The notes under the pieces are model-generated. The model did not search any database and was not told where the DNA came from. It worked only from the letters and a program-made list of their open reading frames with translations. From the NCBI RefSeq assembly GCF_006345805.1, contig NC_043005.1, positions 23,188,001 to 23,252,000 on the forward strand: a stretch of DNA of 64,000 nucleotides. The letters run 5' to 3'. Below, in pieces: positions 1 through 14,070 of the stretch. Origin of the DNA: Octopus sinensis (lineage: Eukaryota). Within the stretch, counting starts at the first letter, position 1, and each line of letters starts with the position of its first letter. Both the position numbers and the translations under genes were made by a program.

Positions 1-1559
1 TATTTATAGGACACCAGGTATTTCCATTTCTACTTGAAGTAAAGAAGTGTTAATAATTATATTTTTCATTTTAACCTATTTTCAATCATCTGTAAAAATT
101 TAAAAGTAATATTTAGAAAGTTAAGTACCCTGGGACTTAATGGGTTAAAAAACTAAAGGAAAGACACATAGGATAATATAATCCTGATTTACAAAAAAAA
201 CGTAATGTCCTTGATCTGTTTAGTGAGGGTTGATCAGGATCAAGCAACAACAACATTAATAATAATGGCTTTTATTATATGCCCCTGTTATACATGAGAC
301 AACCAACACAGTAAAAAACATGCTTATATTGTGTAGGTTGTTGTTGTATAGCCACAGGTCAACCATTATGGAGCAAACCTATAATCAAACTCACTCCAGT
401 CATGACCACCCAATCTTTTTATTATGGTTATCTAAAACAAAAATGTCTTTCCTATACATAACAGAGCATGATTTGTTGGTGATTTGGTTGTTATTTTCAG
501 CAGTTTTAGTAACCTACTGGTACTGTGAGGGTACTTTATCATAAAGTGATCTGGGGCAGTTGACTTGTCACAAACCACAGAGGTGGTATAATAAGATGGA
601 AACATGTCAAGAGTTGTCAATGTACAACACAATTTCCATTGCATTCCCTATTTAATTACTTTTAACTAAAATTTTAGAGTTTTCAACCCTTTTAAACCAG
701 AATTAGTCATTTAGAAAATAGCTATCATTAATGAAGCAATAATTTTAATTTATAAAAAATTTCTTGATTTACTAAATCAAGTATGTTAGTGCCCCCTCAC
801 TTTACTATTAAGTGTGTATGCAGCAGGTACCCCTGGATATTCCCCACTCCCACCCGTCATTCTCTTCATTTATAACACCACTATGTGTTCATTCACAGAA
901 GTCCTATATATTTCTCTGGTCAGTTAAGATCTGGCCAAGTTTAACTGAGAAAGTCCAGTAAGACTTAAACATGTCTGGAGTAGTCACCCTATCACTAAAA
1001 AAAAAAAAAGCTTTTTTAAAAAATAAAATAAAACAAAAATCACACTTGCACATTACTACATTCCAGATTATATTCTTAAAATTTCGGGATTGTTTAACCA
1101 GGATTAACGTTTTAGAAAATTATTGTTCATATCATTAAGGATGTGATTTTAATTTAAATTTCTTGGTTTACTATGTCAAATATTAATGTTATTTAAATAG
1201 CTGATGTGAGTGAGGGAAGAGGCATTGATAAAGGTGGTTAACAAGAGCTGACCTGACAATTCACAAATACTAATAATCAGGTGATTAGATGTCACATTAG
1301 GTAAAAGTATTTCTTCTATTGAAATCAGCAGTTATGTAACGTGAAAAGGGGTTAGACTTAAATCACATGACTGTTTGTGTGTACTAGAAATGACACACAT
1401 GAATCAGCAACAATTATAATTACAGGAGTGTTTGGTTGGATAGCCAGTTCTATTTGTGGACCAGTTTCTAGATTGGATCACTTTTAAAACCAGCTTAACA
1501 AATGAAAAAAAATGAATTCATTTCTGTACTCATTTCCTATTAGCATACTGCTGAACCCT

Positions 1560-4190
1560 GAGCACTTTTAAGAGCCAGCACTGAGCATTGGTCTTGCAGC
1601 ATTTGTCTTGGTCAATAAGGAACATGTCTGTCTTCATTTCTTTCAACCTCATCCATCATACAACTTCTTTTGCCATAGCCACCAGACAAAGAAAAACATG
1701 TCTTAATGGTTCAATAAAGGGAACCTTTACACACTTGTTCAACCGATTAAAAATAGCAACGAGATTGGTGCTGGGCAGCCATCTTCTTTTTTGGGGAGTA
1801 GGAGGGTTTTATTAATTGCTATTCCTTTTTATACACTTTACATAACACCCCCACCCAACTATGTTGTAGGCTGTCTTTTTTGCATTGTCCTCCTTTCCTT
1901 ATTATTTGAAGGACATGAAAATGGACTACTCAGTTGCATCCTTTTACAGTATTGTGCATGAGTGTTTTTCATCACTTTGGAATCAAAAACTAAATACTTG
2001 TCATGTACTGAGGGTAATTCAGTCCTTTACACAGTCCCATTACAAATGTTTCCTGTGTTAAAATTGTATTATCTTAATTATGGCAAAAATGGCAGGAGCA
2101 CCGAACAAAATGCTTGGTGGGGCTTAGTTTTATCCCATTGCATTGAATTCAAATGCCTGTAAATCTTTTCTTTCAGTTTTCGAGGGTCAATAAAAAGTTA
2201 CATATTCTCCCAATTCAAGGCCCATGGGGTTCACATAAGAGTTTGTTAAAATTTATCTGCAATAAAATTGGTTATTCTTCTACAAGACACAAAATATTAA
2301 AAATTTTTTATACATTTCTTAATGATATTTAATTATAAAAATATAATAGGATTTTTTAAACAGAAAATGGTAAAGAGGGTCCATCCGAGTAAAAGAGAAA
2401 TCAAAGGGGTCCATAGGTAAGAAAAAGAAGGTTGAGAACCACTGTCCTAAATGAAATATAAGAAACATTCCCAAGAGGTATGTAGGATTAAGTGTACAGT
2501 CCAGATAATTGAAGTTCAACTTATAATATGTATATTGGTAGTTTAATATTGTATCTATCCAGCCATTTTGCTTCTGCTACTGTATAAAATGTGACATACA
2601 CAATACACAACAGCTTTTATTTAAATTTGTGTTAAGAAATGCTTGCAATAGAGAGACAGATTAATTATGTTCATTGATTGCTACAAACAGAAATACTGGA
2701 CAATTGAATGGAGGTTTGGTGGAAATTAACAAATGTCCAAAAACTCAGTCTTCAGCATTGCAACTATGTTAACAATAACAACAACAATTCCTAACCATGG
2801 TATAAGGCCATGCATTTTGAGGGAGGGGACTACTTGTTTAATTCAACCCAAGTGCTTAGCTACTGTGTATTTTATTGTGTTCAGCCAGGATGCATACTGC
2901 TGGACAGTTTCATCTGCCAATATTTCTGTAAAGCTTATTCCAAACAAGTGGCGCATGCTTTTAACAAGACCCTCTCAGTTTAACACAAAAGCAACAATTT
3001 GCATTAACTTGTCTCACCAAGTTTTGAGCTAGCCTACTGACTTGTCCCAGATTATGCATACTCTCATAACCTCCTGGTAACCAGTTATTAGATGCTGACC
3101 ACTTCAATTTCAGAACTACTTGATGCTACGATAATGATGTCATCCACATATGCAGACATGGCTCTCCTGTGTTGCAGTCTTAGCAGAATGTCCCTCACTG
3201 TCTCCAAACTCTGAGAAAGCTTTCCACACTTTGAGAAGTAATAATTTAACTTGATCATTGAACAGATACCATCATATATTGTAGTGATCCAGTCTCTGAA
3301 GGCAAGACCAAAACTGTCTAGTTTTAAGATAGCCATCAAGTAGCATTACTGGATCCTGTTGTAAGCTTTAGATTGAGCCAAATTGGTCAGTGATCCATAA
3401 AAGACAGATGTATTCCTAACTTACTCTTTGATGTATCACATGAGGGAGATGGTCATGGATCATTTTGTCAGGGATTGCACAACTTTGTGCATCTCTGACT
3501 ATACTAACAAGTGCCAACCCCTTTAGGAGTTCCTCTGCCATATTTTTAACTGTTTAGAAAAGTTATCAGATTGAATTTGTTTCTTGTTCTCCTTGTTCAG
3601 ATCTTTCCACTCCAATGTCACTATTCCTAGTCACATGACAAGGAGTGCTCTTGGTCTACTGATAATTGCAGTAGACAGTTGCTAATACAGTAACAAAAAT
3701 GTCTTGCATATAGCAATAAAGCTCATAAGTCCTCTTGGTAACTGGCCTCTTGCACTATCGGTTCAATGTTTCTGCCACTTTTGTAAGATCTTCAGCAATG
3801 AGTTGGGGGCAGCCTGTTAAAATAGGTATCAACATTCACCATCTCCAGTCCATCATGCTTTATGAAGAATTTGGCAAGGTAATAATGGAAAACTACACAC
3901 TCATCTGTTTCAAATCAAATAGCACGTGTCCACTGCATCTATCAGATTTCAAAACATGGCTTTGATGCCATGTTGCACCTCAGCCACTCAGGCTCATGAA
4001 ATAGATTTTGTGCCCTTGTGCTTCTGCACACATGTCCAAGCACAAATAACACATGTTTTGTGTTCCGTGTCAAAGAAATGGCTGAAGGTTCAGCTCCCTA
4101 GAAGCAAGTCATTTGCTATGCATCTTCTTAATCATTTGATTATCCATGAGTCTCCTTGGTCCACACTATCTGCTATCACTACTTCTTAAC
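1560..4190 (-). mobile_element. Degraded L1/Tx1-clade non-LTR retrotransposon, ORF2 (RT) remnant
   Basis: Minus strand near 3340-3400 reads TNLAQSKAYNRIQ*CYLMAIL, matching the RT motif INLDQSKAFDRV. ORF 3088..3339 has FGLAFRDWITTIY and SAYVDDIIIV (YADD). Many stops and frameshifts; left boundary uncertain. Confidence 0.75.
2215..2446. mobile_element. Partial hAT (Charlie-like) non-autonomous element inside the L1 remnant
   Basis: Ends in GTTGAGAACCACTG, the reverse complement of the CAGTGGTTCTCAAC-type TIR. The second TIR was not found. Confidence 0.45.
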
Positions 4191-4832
4191 CTACGTTTTA
4201 TATGTGAGATTCTACTGTAATAATAATAATGGCTTCAAATTTTAGCACAAGGCCAACAAGTCCAGGGGAGGAAGTACATCAACCCCAGAGTTCAACTGGT
4301 ACATATGTTGTTTACATCCCCACCCACTGCCAACCCCTTAATTAGTTTGCTAATCTGTGTGCTCTGAAATCTTTTTATACACAGAAGCATGTATTTTTTC
4401 CCCTCCTCTCTGTTAGGAAGTACAAGCACTTTCACACGCCTGTGCATGCACAACAAGAATGCTTAGCAGCATTTCGTCGGTCTTTATGTTGCAAGTTCAA
4501 ATTCTGGAGTCAATAAGACAAGTCCCAGTTGAGTACTAACCAACTTTCCCCTCCTCCCAAAATTATTATAAATAGAAAGGATTATCAAGCTGGGATTTGG
4601 AACATAAATTGGGGAGAAATTTTGATAGGTTTTAACAGAAAGTCAGAATCATAGAACCAAGGCTGGTCCCAGACAGGTAGGTACTGAAAGGGTTAAGTCA
4701 GCAGTTACTCTGCTCTTTATGTGTTTAACCAGATTGTATCTCATAAAGCTTAACACCATAAAAATAATATCTCAGTATTGCTCTGTAAAAGTTCCTCGAA
4801 GCAAGGAGATAATTAAATTTCTTTTTTTTTAC

Positions 4833-4885
4833 ACTCTCGTGCCCACACATATTTTTCAAAAGGTTTGCAGACAGCTGAGCCTTCA
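4833..4885 (-). CDS. Candidate small internal exon, product unknown
   Basis: Branch-like TCTAAC, pyrimidine tract and TTCTCAG acceptor; GTAAAA donor. Open in two frames (VKAQLSANLLKNMCGHES or EGSAVCKPFEKYVWARE). No homology recognised. Confidence 0.2.
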
Positions 4886-5640
4886 CTGAGAAGATGGTGG
4901 AATGACAAATGTAGGTCAAAATGCAGAGTTAGATAAAATAGAGAAAACAAATTTATTTATTGATTGTTGTTTTTCTAAACTACAAAATATTATCTCGAAG
5001 TGATGTGATAGAGTATGGAACTAGAACATGGTCAGTTATTTTAAATAATGAACTATGACCTGCAAGGTGAATTTAAAGGACAGATGTGACTTAACCATTT
5101 ACTGACCATATACCTAATGATAGTACACTATGTATTCAACAGTGTGCCAAGCGAAATATAAAGCAATTATACACAATTTATTTACTAAACACATATGCTA
5201 ACTGGGGCAGACATGACAATGTGATTGAGAAGTTTGTTTTGCAATCATGATGATTCCAAATTTAATCCCAACACATGCCACCTTCAGCAAGAGTTTCGAT
5301 TTGACCAATACATCATGAATGAAATTTGTTAGATAGCACCTGTGTGGAATCTTGTAGTGTGTGTGTGTGTGTCATATGCTTATATCAGTATAGGGAGAGC
5401 AAAACCTGTATACTCAAACTGAAACACTATGGTGATTCTGTCTGACTAACTTATCACTCCTTTCTTCCAATACCAACTCTGCATTTTGTATCTCACAAGA
5501 TAAATTAAATATGCACTAAACGAAGTACAAGTGTTGATATATTCAAAGGTGTTATTTTGAGGTAGTGTCATAACATGGCCACAGTCCAGTGACAGAAGCC
5601 AGTAAAAGACAGACAATAGAATGCATGGAGATTTATTCCT

Positions 5641-6010
5641 AGGAGTGGCTGTGTGAGAAGTAGCTTGCTTACCAACCACATGGTTCCAGGTTCAGTCCTA
5701 CTGCGTGGCACCTTGGGCAAGCATCTTCTACTATAACCTCGGACTGACCAAAGCCTTGTGAGTAGATTTGGTAGACGGAAAATGAAAGAAGCCCGTCACA
5801 TATGTGTGTGTGTGTGTGTGTGTGTGTTTGCCTCCCCACCATCGCTTGACAACCGATGCTAGTGTGTTTATGTCTGTACCTTAGAGGTTCGGCAAAAAAG
5901 ACTGATAGAATAAGTATTAGGCTTACAAAGAATAAGTTCTGGGGTCGATTTGTTCGACTAAAGGTGGTGCTCCAGCATGGCCGCATGAGACAAATAAAAG
6001 AGTAAAAGAG
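5641..6010 (+). mobile_element. SINE family A (tRNA-like head, central CA/TG microsatellite, AAAAGAGT-type tail)
   Basis: GGAGTGGCTGTGTG...GGTTCAGTCC head; the same sequence recurs at more than ten places in the window. Confidence 0.85.
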
Positions 6011-8026
6011 TACTTGTATTATAAACACAATCACACCCTTTTACAAATCATATACCCTCCTATAGTAATAACTCTGAATATATTATTAACAAAAATATAC
6101 AGATGATATATATATATGTTAATTTTTAAAATCATCTGGAATTCAATGAACCATCAAGTTTCTCTTGCCCTTAGCAGAATACTTTATTCTACACTGTCTT
6201 ATTTCACTCAAGTTGTCATGTACTACTAGCTCACCCGGAAACATTTGTGATTGACTGGAATCTTATCCAAGTGAAGAGTCAGCTTTCATCTGCTTTAAGA
6301 GCTCCTCAACAAATTTGTTACCAGCTCATAGATTCTGAGTGCAAATTCAATGAAATTACAAGTTTTCCCAAAAGGCTATAATGGAAATCATTGTTGTTGA
6401 GTTCCAGGTCAGTTCTGAGTGAGCACGCTTCGGATTAAGGTATTACAGTTTTAATATAGACTAAATTATCCAATATGTCCTCCATTGTTTAGACAGTGAG
6501 AGTAATTTGAGGAGATTTAGCTACTGTTTCTACTAGCTTGAGCAACTAGATAGGAGCCCCCTCGCTGCTTTACTCAAGCAGAATATTTGTTTTACACATA
6601 CGAGAGGATACACATGTAAAAAGTTCAATTCACTGAGGTAGATGAACAACAAAGAAGTTAACAATGAAAGATAAATTGGGTAATAGTGCCATGGATGGGA
6701 GATAGAAGTAAAATGTTCGGCTGAATGCCTAACAGTAGTTTCATTTCTGTTTTGAAGTTCAAATCCTACCAATGATTGACTTTATTATTTCAGAGAGAGT
6801 AGAGAGCTGAAAAGAGGATAAAAAAGGAATTAGCTGCAGAAATACAGTCCCTTCAGTGTACTTAGAATGTTTGTAGTGCATAGAAGATTAAGAAGTTTAA
6901 AAGAGCAGAGGCTGCTTCAGTTACAAAACAAGAGATAGAGAGAGGACACAGCTTGATGAATAGGAAATAGTTTGATGGAAATCAATAGATTTCCTACTCA
7001 AGTAGGAATGGCTTCCTCTTTGTGTTTAACACCTCAAACACAAAACAAATCATTAGTTGTTCTTATCTGAAATTCGAAATGGTTTGTATTAAAGCAAATT
7101 AATATCTCTTACAAGAAAGATGAAACCTCAGGGAGTTTTTCACGCACGCGCACACACGTAATAAGTTACGACTACCAACCACAAAAGCAGTCATTTTGTA
7201 ATTAAAGTGCTAGTTAAATGGAAAATTTGGATATTTCCGAAAAATTATTATTTTCACTAATTTATTTAGGGATAACGTATAAGATTTACATCATTTGAGT
7301 GCAAAAGAAACTCACCCCACCCTTGTATGTTTGGGGTTACAATGATTATGGACTGATGTATTTCAGGAATAATTAAAACAATGACATCTTAAATTTTTGA
7401 GTTCGCGAATCGGATGAAAATTAATTTTCGTTTTATAGATTTTCTTTGCTAATTAATCATCGATAAATATATATATTGATTACTTTAAACACCACCATCA
7501 CCACTGCCACTACAATCGCAAATCGTACATCCACTCCGTCTCCAACAGATTTCTTCTCGTTTCGTTGACATACAATTTAGCGAACGAAATCTGACCTAAA
7601 TGATACAATCATAACACACAGGAGGTTTTGGCCTTCATGCATCTCTAACAAATAAAAATAAAAATACATTTAAAAAAAAAAATTAATGATAAACAAAATA
7701 TAAAAGGGAATGTATTTTAAATAGAATTTAGGGTAGGTTACAGTTTGAGGTTTCTAGAAGAAAGAAAAAAAACAACGAATCAACTAGTGCACAGCAGATA
7801 TGGCGTTATTTATTTTAGCTTGTGGGAAGTTCTCTCTCTCTTTCTCTCTCGAACACACACACACCAGAGTATGTGAAAAAGAGGGATAGAGAAACTGTTA
7901 ATCCGTTAGTCAATTGATAATAAATGTATGACAATAACCAACTACCCGAGTCATTAACTACAGCTTATTTCATTACATAAAAGAGAGACGTTGTAAACAT
8001 CCCTATTAGGACAATAAAATTGTACT

Positions 8027-8029
<3 letters not shown>

Positions 8030-8089
<60 letters not shown>
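8030..8089. repeat. (TA)n microsatellite
   Basis: Direct reading; many similar tracts elsewhere in the window. Confidence 0.95.
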
Positions 8090-8093
<4 letters not shown>

Positions 8094-9419
8094 GAAACGA
8101 AAGTTACTGGATGGTTGTGTAGTCGTGATAGTAAATAGATGGAGGATAAGGTTAGAACTTCAGTTAATGAGGTACAGGAGAATAATGGATTTACTACACA
8201 CATCACAAAGAAGAGGCAGTCGTTAGTTATAGACAGTCAGTTAGACATGGAATAGACAGATTGTGAGACGAGATCATAATCACTTCCGAGCTTAGTCAGA
8301 CATGTACAGAAATAATCCATTTAGTCGTTAATCTTCATAACACGAAATGTGTGTGTACACACACGGGTATGTTTGTATATTTGTGTGTATGTGTACATGT
8401 GCATTTACATTTGTGTATAAGTATATATGTTTATGTACGTAAAAAAATTACGTATACCTATGTACACAACATACTTAAAAGAAAACACTTTGTAACGTTT
8501 ATTTATAAAATAATTAAGGATTCAATCACATGTAGAATACGCTCAAATGCCTCCCTATATCGCTGCTATATTATATAGGAATGGAAAACGGTAGAGATGG
8601 ACGGAAGCTTCATCCTCGAATATATAAATTCTACGACATATATTGAGTACGCTTCTAAAGTTTAACGACCGTGTGCGTGTGTGCGGGAGATAAAGGGAAG
8701 GAGTGTGTGTGTGTGTGTATAAAAAAAGGGTGTGTGATGAAAAAGAGAGAGTGTGTGTGTGTGGTTGACATCTATTATTGCTTCTGTAATGTTCTGAATT
8801 TAAATATTAATATTAAATATCATTAATTTCTTTGTTTGTAAATACTGATGTATTTTTATTATCGGATATTTTTAGATACTCCACACGATATAACACTACA
8901 AGTATTTTGTTGTTTTGTTTTTAGCCCTTGGTCAACCCAGGTTAAGCAAATCAATGAATATGATCAGTGCTATTCCTGTCTAGACCACACTCTATTTGTA
9001 TATCTAGGAATGTTTTTCGCTGTGTTATTCATTTAAAAAAAAAATGGATTGTATAATTTTAGCGAGATTTGGCTGCTATTTGTAGCAGGTCGAGCAACCG
9101 ATTAAGTATTTCTTCGTTGTCTTGAATTTTCATTTTTTTTTTTTTTTTGTCGAAGCAATGAATCCCTACATTGGTGTCTTTATAGAAAATAAGGCCAAAA
9201 TTTATTATTTGAGGTGTTTCCATTCCTCTACTGGTAACTTATAGCCTCATTTTGGAAGTGGATACAGGATACATGTATTTTGATGGAGTTGGATATTTTT
9301 CATATTAATAAATACGTTTATAAGCATTTTTGCCTGTTGCTTATTTTATACATATATATAAATGTCGTTATAGACTGTTGCTGTATTCTTCTGACACACC
9401 ACAGTTTTACTTTTTTTAC

Positions 9420-9552
9420 CGCGCCTTTGTAGTCCTTGTGGCAAAGCAGAGATCATCCACAGAGTCAACGTCACGAACAGAGAAAAGCAACATCCATTTA
9501 ACGCAAGAAGTCTGCTCAGCTTCCAACATCTAAAATTAGGGCGAACTTTCAT
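9420..9552 (-). CDS. Candidate first coding exon encoding a signal-peptide/signal-anchor-like 44-aa leader
   Basis: MKVRPNFRCWKLSRLLALNGCCFSLFVTLTLWMISALPQGLQRR then G|GTAAAA (phase 1). Basic n-region and hydrophobic h-region; lies in a CpG-retaining island. The donor is only moderate. Confidence 0.45.
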
Positions 9553-9682
9553 GTCGAAAATGAAATTATTTTCCCTTTACATTTTCGTATTAAATAATAA
9601 CAACACCAGCACCAAATAAAAGAACTGTCAGCCCCCCACCACCACCCGACCCTCATAAACATCATAAGTGATAATGAGAGAG

Positions 9683-9880
9683 CCTTTGTATGGTCACTTG
9701 ACTTGCTAGAAACAGTAGCCAAAATCGCCCTTAAATTAAACCCCACCGTCTTAAAAAAGAGAGAATAGATTGAATTATGCAGTTCGAGATTACTGGAGAG
9801 GTGGAGGGAATAAAACAAAGAACCGTTATGTCAGATGTCTGATCATAGGTCTTGCTCAATCACAGCTGACTTAGGGTTAA
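9683..9880. repeat. Short interspersed repeat with an ATTTGGCTGCTATTTCTAGC-type core
   Basis: Related copies near 6520, 9060, 21915, 23395, 38025, 40235, 40535, 47200, 47395 and 54715. Confidence 0.7.
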
Positions 9881-9936
9881 GCATCATGAAAAAGCTAATG
9901 AAACGATAATTATCAAAATAAACAAATATATAAATA

Positions 9937-10306
9937 GTGGCTGTGTGGTAGGAAGTCTGCTTCCCAACCACATGGTTTCAGGTCTCACTGCATGGCACCA
10001 TGGCTGTCTTCTATTTATAGCCCCAGGCTGACCAAAGCTTTGTGAATGAATTTGACAGACAAAAATCGACAGAAGCCTGCTGTGTGTGCGCACGCGAGTG
10101 TGTGTGTGTATTTATGTGTATTTGTCCACCACTACCACCTGACAACCGGTGTTGGTTTGTTTTATGTAACTTAGCAGTTGGGCAAAAGAGACTGATCGAA
10201 TAAGTTTCAGGCATAAAAAAAAAAAGTAATGGGGTTGATTTGTTCGATTAAACCCTTTAAAACGATGCCTCAGCATGACCACAGTCAAGCGTCTGAAACA
10301 AGTAAG
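9937..10306 (+). mobile_element. SINE family A copy
   Basis: Similar to 5641-6010 over head, microsatellite and tail. Confidence 0.8.
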
Positions 10307-11734
10307 ATTCAAACAATAAGCAGCATCATTAGTAAATTGGATGGAATGATTCAAGGCATTTCTTTTGACTCGCTGTGCTCAGATCCCATTGAGGAAAACT
10401 TTGCCTATCACCTTTTTGGAATATGAACCTAGGGTGATGGACTGGCACCACAAAAAGGGACACCAGAGAAGATACCTTGTAGCACTTGCTTGTGTTCTAA
10501 GTTGAAGCTCAGCCATAGTTTTAGAGTTGTAGACAGTTGCCTGGTTTAACAAGACCACCTGGCAACATGAGTGCCTTAACAAAGTTGTAAGTGCACAGGC
10601 CAGGTCTTCCTTATCTCCCACCAGTCTCAGAGGCCTCATAAAAGCGTCATGAGCCATTACCTTACCCCATGACTAACAGTCAATATAAAAAAATTTTAAA
10701 TCTCTTACTATCCCAATCACATTTAGTAACTTGCTTGAAACCATTCAGGTTCTATGATACAAATTTCATGTTTTTAATTGATTAAGCCTTCACTCAAAAT
10801 TTCATGTTAATTCAAGTTTCAAACACAAACTTAAGTCATTTTACTAAATTCTTCATTATTTTGATAATTGATTGAAACAGGGACAGTGTACTTCAATAGA
10901 AATATGGTACCAAAAGAGTTAACATTTGCAACTCCAGATATTGCATAGTATATAAATTGTAACACAACCATTTATTTCTTACCACAGGCACAAAACCAGG
11001 TATTTTAGTGGGAGAAAGGACTTGATTGGTACTTTATTTTATCAACCCTCAATGGTTTCTGATTTTGACATAAGGCCAATAATTTAGAGGGCAAGGGATT
11101 AGTCAAAACCACCGACCCCACAACTTGATAGGTACATTATTTTATTAACCCTGGTATCTCTTCAGATTCTTTATGTTCTGAGATCAAGTCCTGCTAAAGT
11201 CAATTTTACCTTTCATCCTTTTGGCAGTCAATGAAATAAAGTATCGATCAAGCATTGCCTATTATTATTATTATTATAATTATTAAGCTGCTCATTTTAA
11301 ATTATCTTATTGCCAGTTTTTATAAAATTAATTATAGTAAGTAATGTTATATAGATATATTAAAATATTCAGCTTCTGTACATTTTTAGGCATTTCTTAA
11401 AGTAGTATTATAAGAATTCCTTTCATTACAACTGTCATTTATAAACATTAGCAGAACTCTGCTTCTGTGTTGTAAGCAGAAAGAAAGGCCATGTGTGTCA
11501 GACAAGATATGTGTAATGTATCCATCAAGATAGAGCACTTCTTTCTTTTTAGCTTTATATTTGGTCACCATCATCCTTTTAATGTCCACTTTTCCATGCT
11601 TGCATGGGTTGGATAGAATTTATTAAGGTAGATTTGTTAAGGCCAGATACTCTTGTCACCAAGCCATACCTGTTTCCAAGCAAGGTAATATTTCCCAATG
11701 GCTAGACATGTTTTCTCAGAATATTGGAAACGAC

Positions 11735-11930
11735 CATTCATTTACAACAATCACAAGTCAAAACACAAACACACACACACGACAGGCTGCTTTCAATTTC
11801 TGACTACCAAATCCACTCACAAGGCTTTGGTGGGCTCAGGACTATAGAAGACATTTTGCCCAAGGTGCCATGCAGTGGAACTGAACTAGTAATGTGGTTA
11901 GGGAGCAAGCTTCTTAACCACATAGCCATA
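11735..11930 (-). mobile_element. SINE family A, 5' half
   Basis: Reverse complement of the family A head. Confidence 0.75.
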
Positions 11931-12939
11931 TCTGCAGATACATGTATGTATACATGCATGCATGTAAACACACACAATTACACAAGTATACCTGTGTCAC
12001 AAATATAAGTTTCATTAATTACAAAGAATGGTGGGTGCACCTTTCAAAATGACAGACAAAACCAATGATAAATTGTACTGAGTTTGTATTTAATAGCAAA
12101 AGGCTGAGACCAATAATTCATAAACGTGATTGTGCTATATAAGCACATCACTTCTCCTGGTCCACCGAATGGCTGCCACTACTAGCAAACACATGTACCA
12201 TTGACTTATTTTAATCAATCTTAACTATAAAAGGATAGTAAAAACATAAATGGGATTATAAATAATTTCATTATCAAAAACTTGTTCTTGAAATACTTTC
12301 ATAACTGGAATTTGTTGTTTTTTTTTAACACACACACACACATATTGATGAATTTATTTTTGAAATAACATGACAAACAAGCAATATCAGAAGTGCATGG
12401 CATTTCCAAAGGCATCAACTGTTGAGTTAAACTGTTGATAATGCATTTGATCAAACAATTAATGCTACAAAAACAACCTTTTAACCCATATTTTCAGATT
12501 GTATTCAACTCCACAACTTTTATCCTTATTAGTTATTTTATAAATTTAATTTTGACATTTAATAACGAAAATATTTAAAGAATGGAAGTGTTCAATAATG
12601 AAATTATATTCTCAGTTATGTCTTTGATATTATCCTCTGAGTCTGAAGACAGTAAACTGATGGAACCAGTATTTGCTAGTAGTGCCAAACAATTTAATGA
12701 TAATCATAAAAATGTAATTTAAAATGATAATATATTTCCAAAAATAAATATTACCTTTGAATGATTTACATGTAATTATCATTATTCCAGAATTCCTTTC
12801 ACTCACTCTTTCCTCCTGTTTGCCAGTGACAGAAGAGTGAGAAACACCTCATCCTTCAACTCACTTTCATTTTACTAGTCATTCATTCTCTATTCATTGT
12901 TTGATACAGTATCCTCATCCCCCTCTCTCCCTCCCAATT

Positions 12940-14070
12940 TAATGAGATAGCATATAAAAACATCACAGTCATTATTTTATATATGTACACCATGTGGCTT
13001 GGGTTTGCAAGCAAAGATTTATAGAGGATACTGTCCATGTCTGTTAGAAGCTTGCTGATGCATAAAAAGTCTGATTCAAGACAAACAAGCACAACTGCAG
13101 AAACTGCATGGCTGATTAGGACTGGTTGTGGTGTCCTTGCTTTCTCTCCCTTTTTTCTTGTCTGCAAGAATAGTCCTGCAGGTGTCTTCAAAGGAGCTGT
13201 TGCCCAGTGGACAATGAGATGCCAGATTTCACAGTCAGCAGCAAGAACAGACCTCTGGTGGTAATCTATGTAGTCAGCACCAAGCAATTTCTTTAGGGAG
13301 CCCTTGTACCGCTTCTTTAGTATGCCTTTATCAGTGACCAGAGCTGAGTTCACCATACAGTGTAATCTTGGGAAGTCAATGACTCCCCATCCTGGTAGTA
13401 TGTCCTGTCCAACGTAGCAGAGTTGTTTCAATGCTAGTGACCTTCACCTGCTCTTGGACCAAGACATTAGTGGCATAAAATGATGCCAGGGTAGTTGCAA
13501 TGGAATCACTCAAGTTGAAGGTGGTGCTCATAGATGATCCATGACTCTGAGCCATAGAAGAGAGTGGTCAGAAAGACAGCTCTGTATATACTAATCTTAG
13601 TCCCCTTCTTCAAATGGTTATTGTTCAGACTCTTTTGTACAATCTGCCAAATGCGTTGGTTGCCTTGGCCAGTCTGTTATTAACCTCCTTGTCAATTTCA
13701 GCATCTGATAAGATGGTGCACCCTAGGTAGGTGAACTGCTTGGCTGTCTTTAGTCCAGTCTCCCTGATGGTGATGTGAGGGACATGGTATTCTTGCTGTG
13801 GTGCTGGTTGATGCAGGACTTCTGTTATCTTTAAACTGATTTCTAGGCCAAAATGCTGGGTAGCTTCTGCAAGTCAAGGAGAGGCATCTTGCAGAGCTGT
13901 GTCTAGATGGGTAACAAGAATAGCATCTGCAAAAGAGTAATTCATGGAGTTGCTCCAGTGTTTTCATGTGAACTTGCAGGCACCTCAGATTGAAAAGGCT
14001 GCCATCAGTATGCTACCAAGTGTAGATGCCATCTTCTTCATCAAGGTCTTCAGTGGCTAGCTGCAGCATC
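12940..14070 (-). mobile_element. 5'-truncated BovB-like RTE LINE (RT C-terminal half and ORF2 end), degraded
   Basis: ORF 12883..13431 contains KKRYKGSLKKLLGADYIDYHQRSVLAAD. Upstream minus frames give FADAILVTHLD and QFTYLGCTILSDAEIDKEVN..LAKA, matching the BovB/RTE pattern. Confidence 0.85.

Noticed and set aside
7572-7645. Minus-strand exon 2 candidate for the 9420-9552 exon
   Set aside because: Plausible acceptor and GTATGT donor, but all three frames contain stops; at most a non-coding exon.
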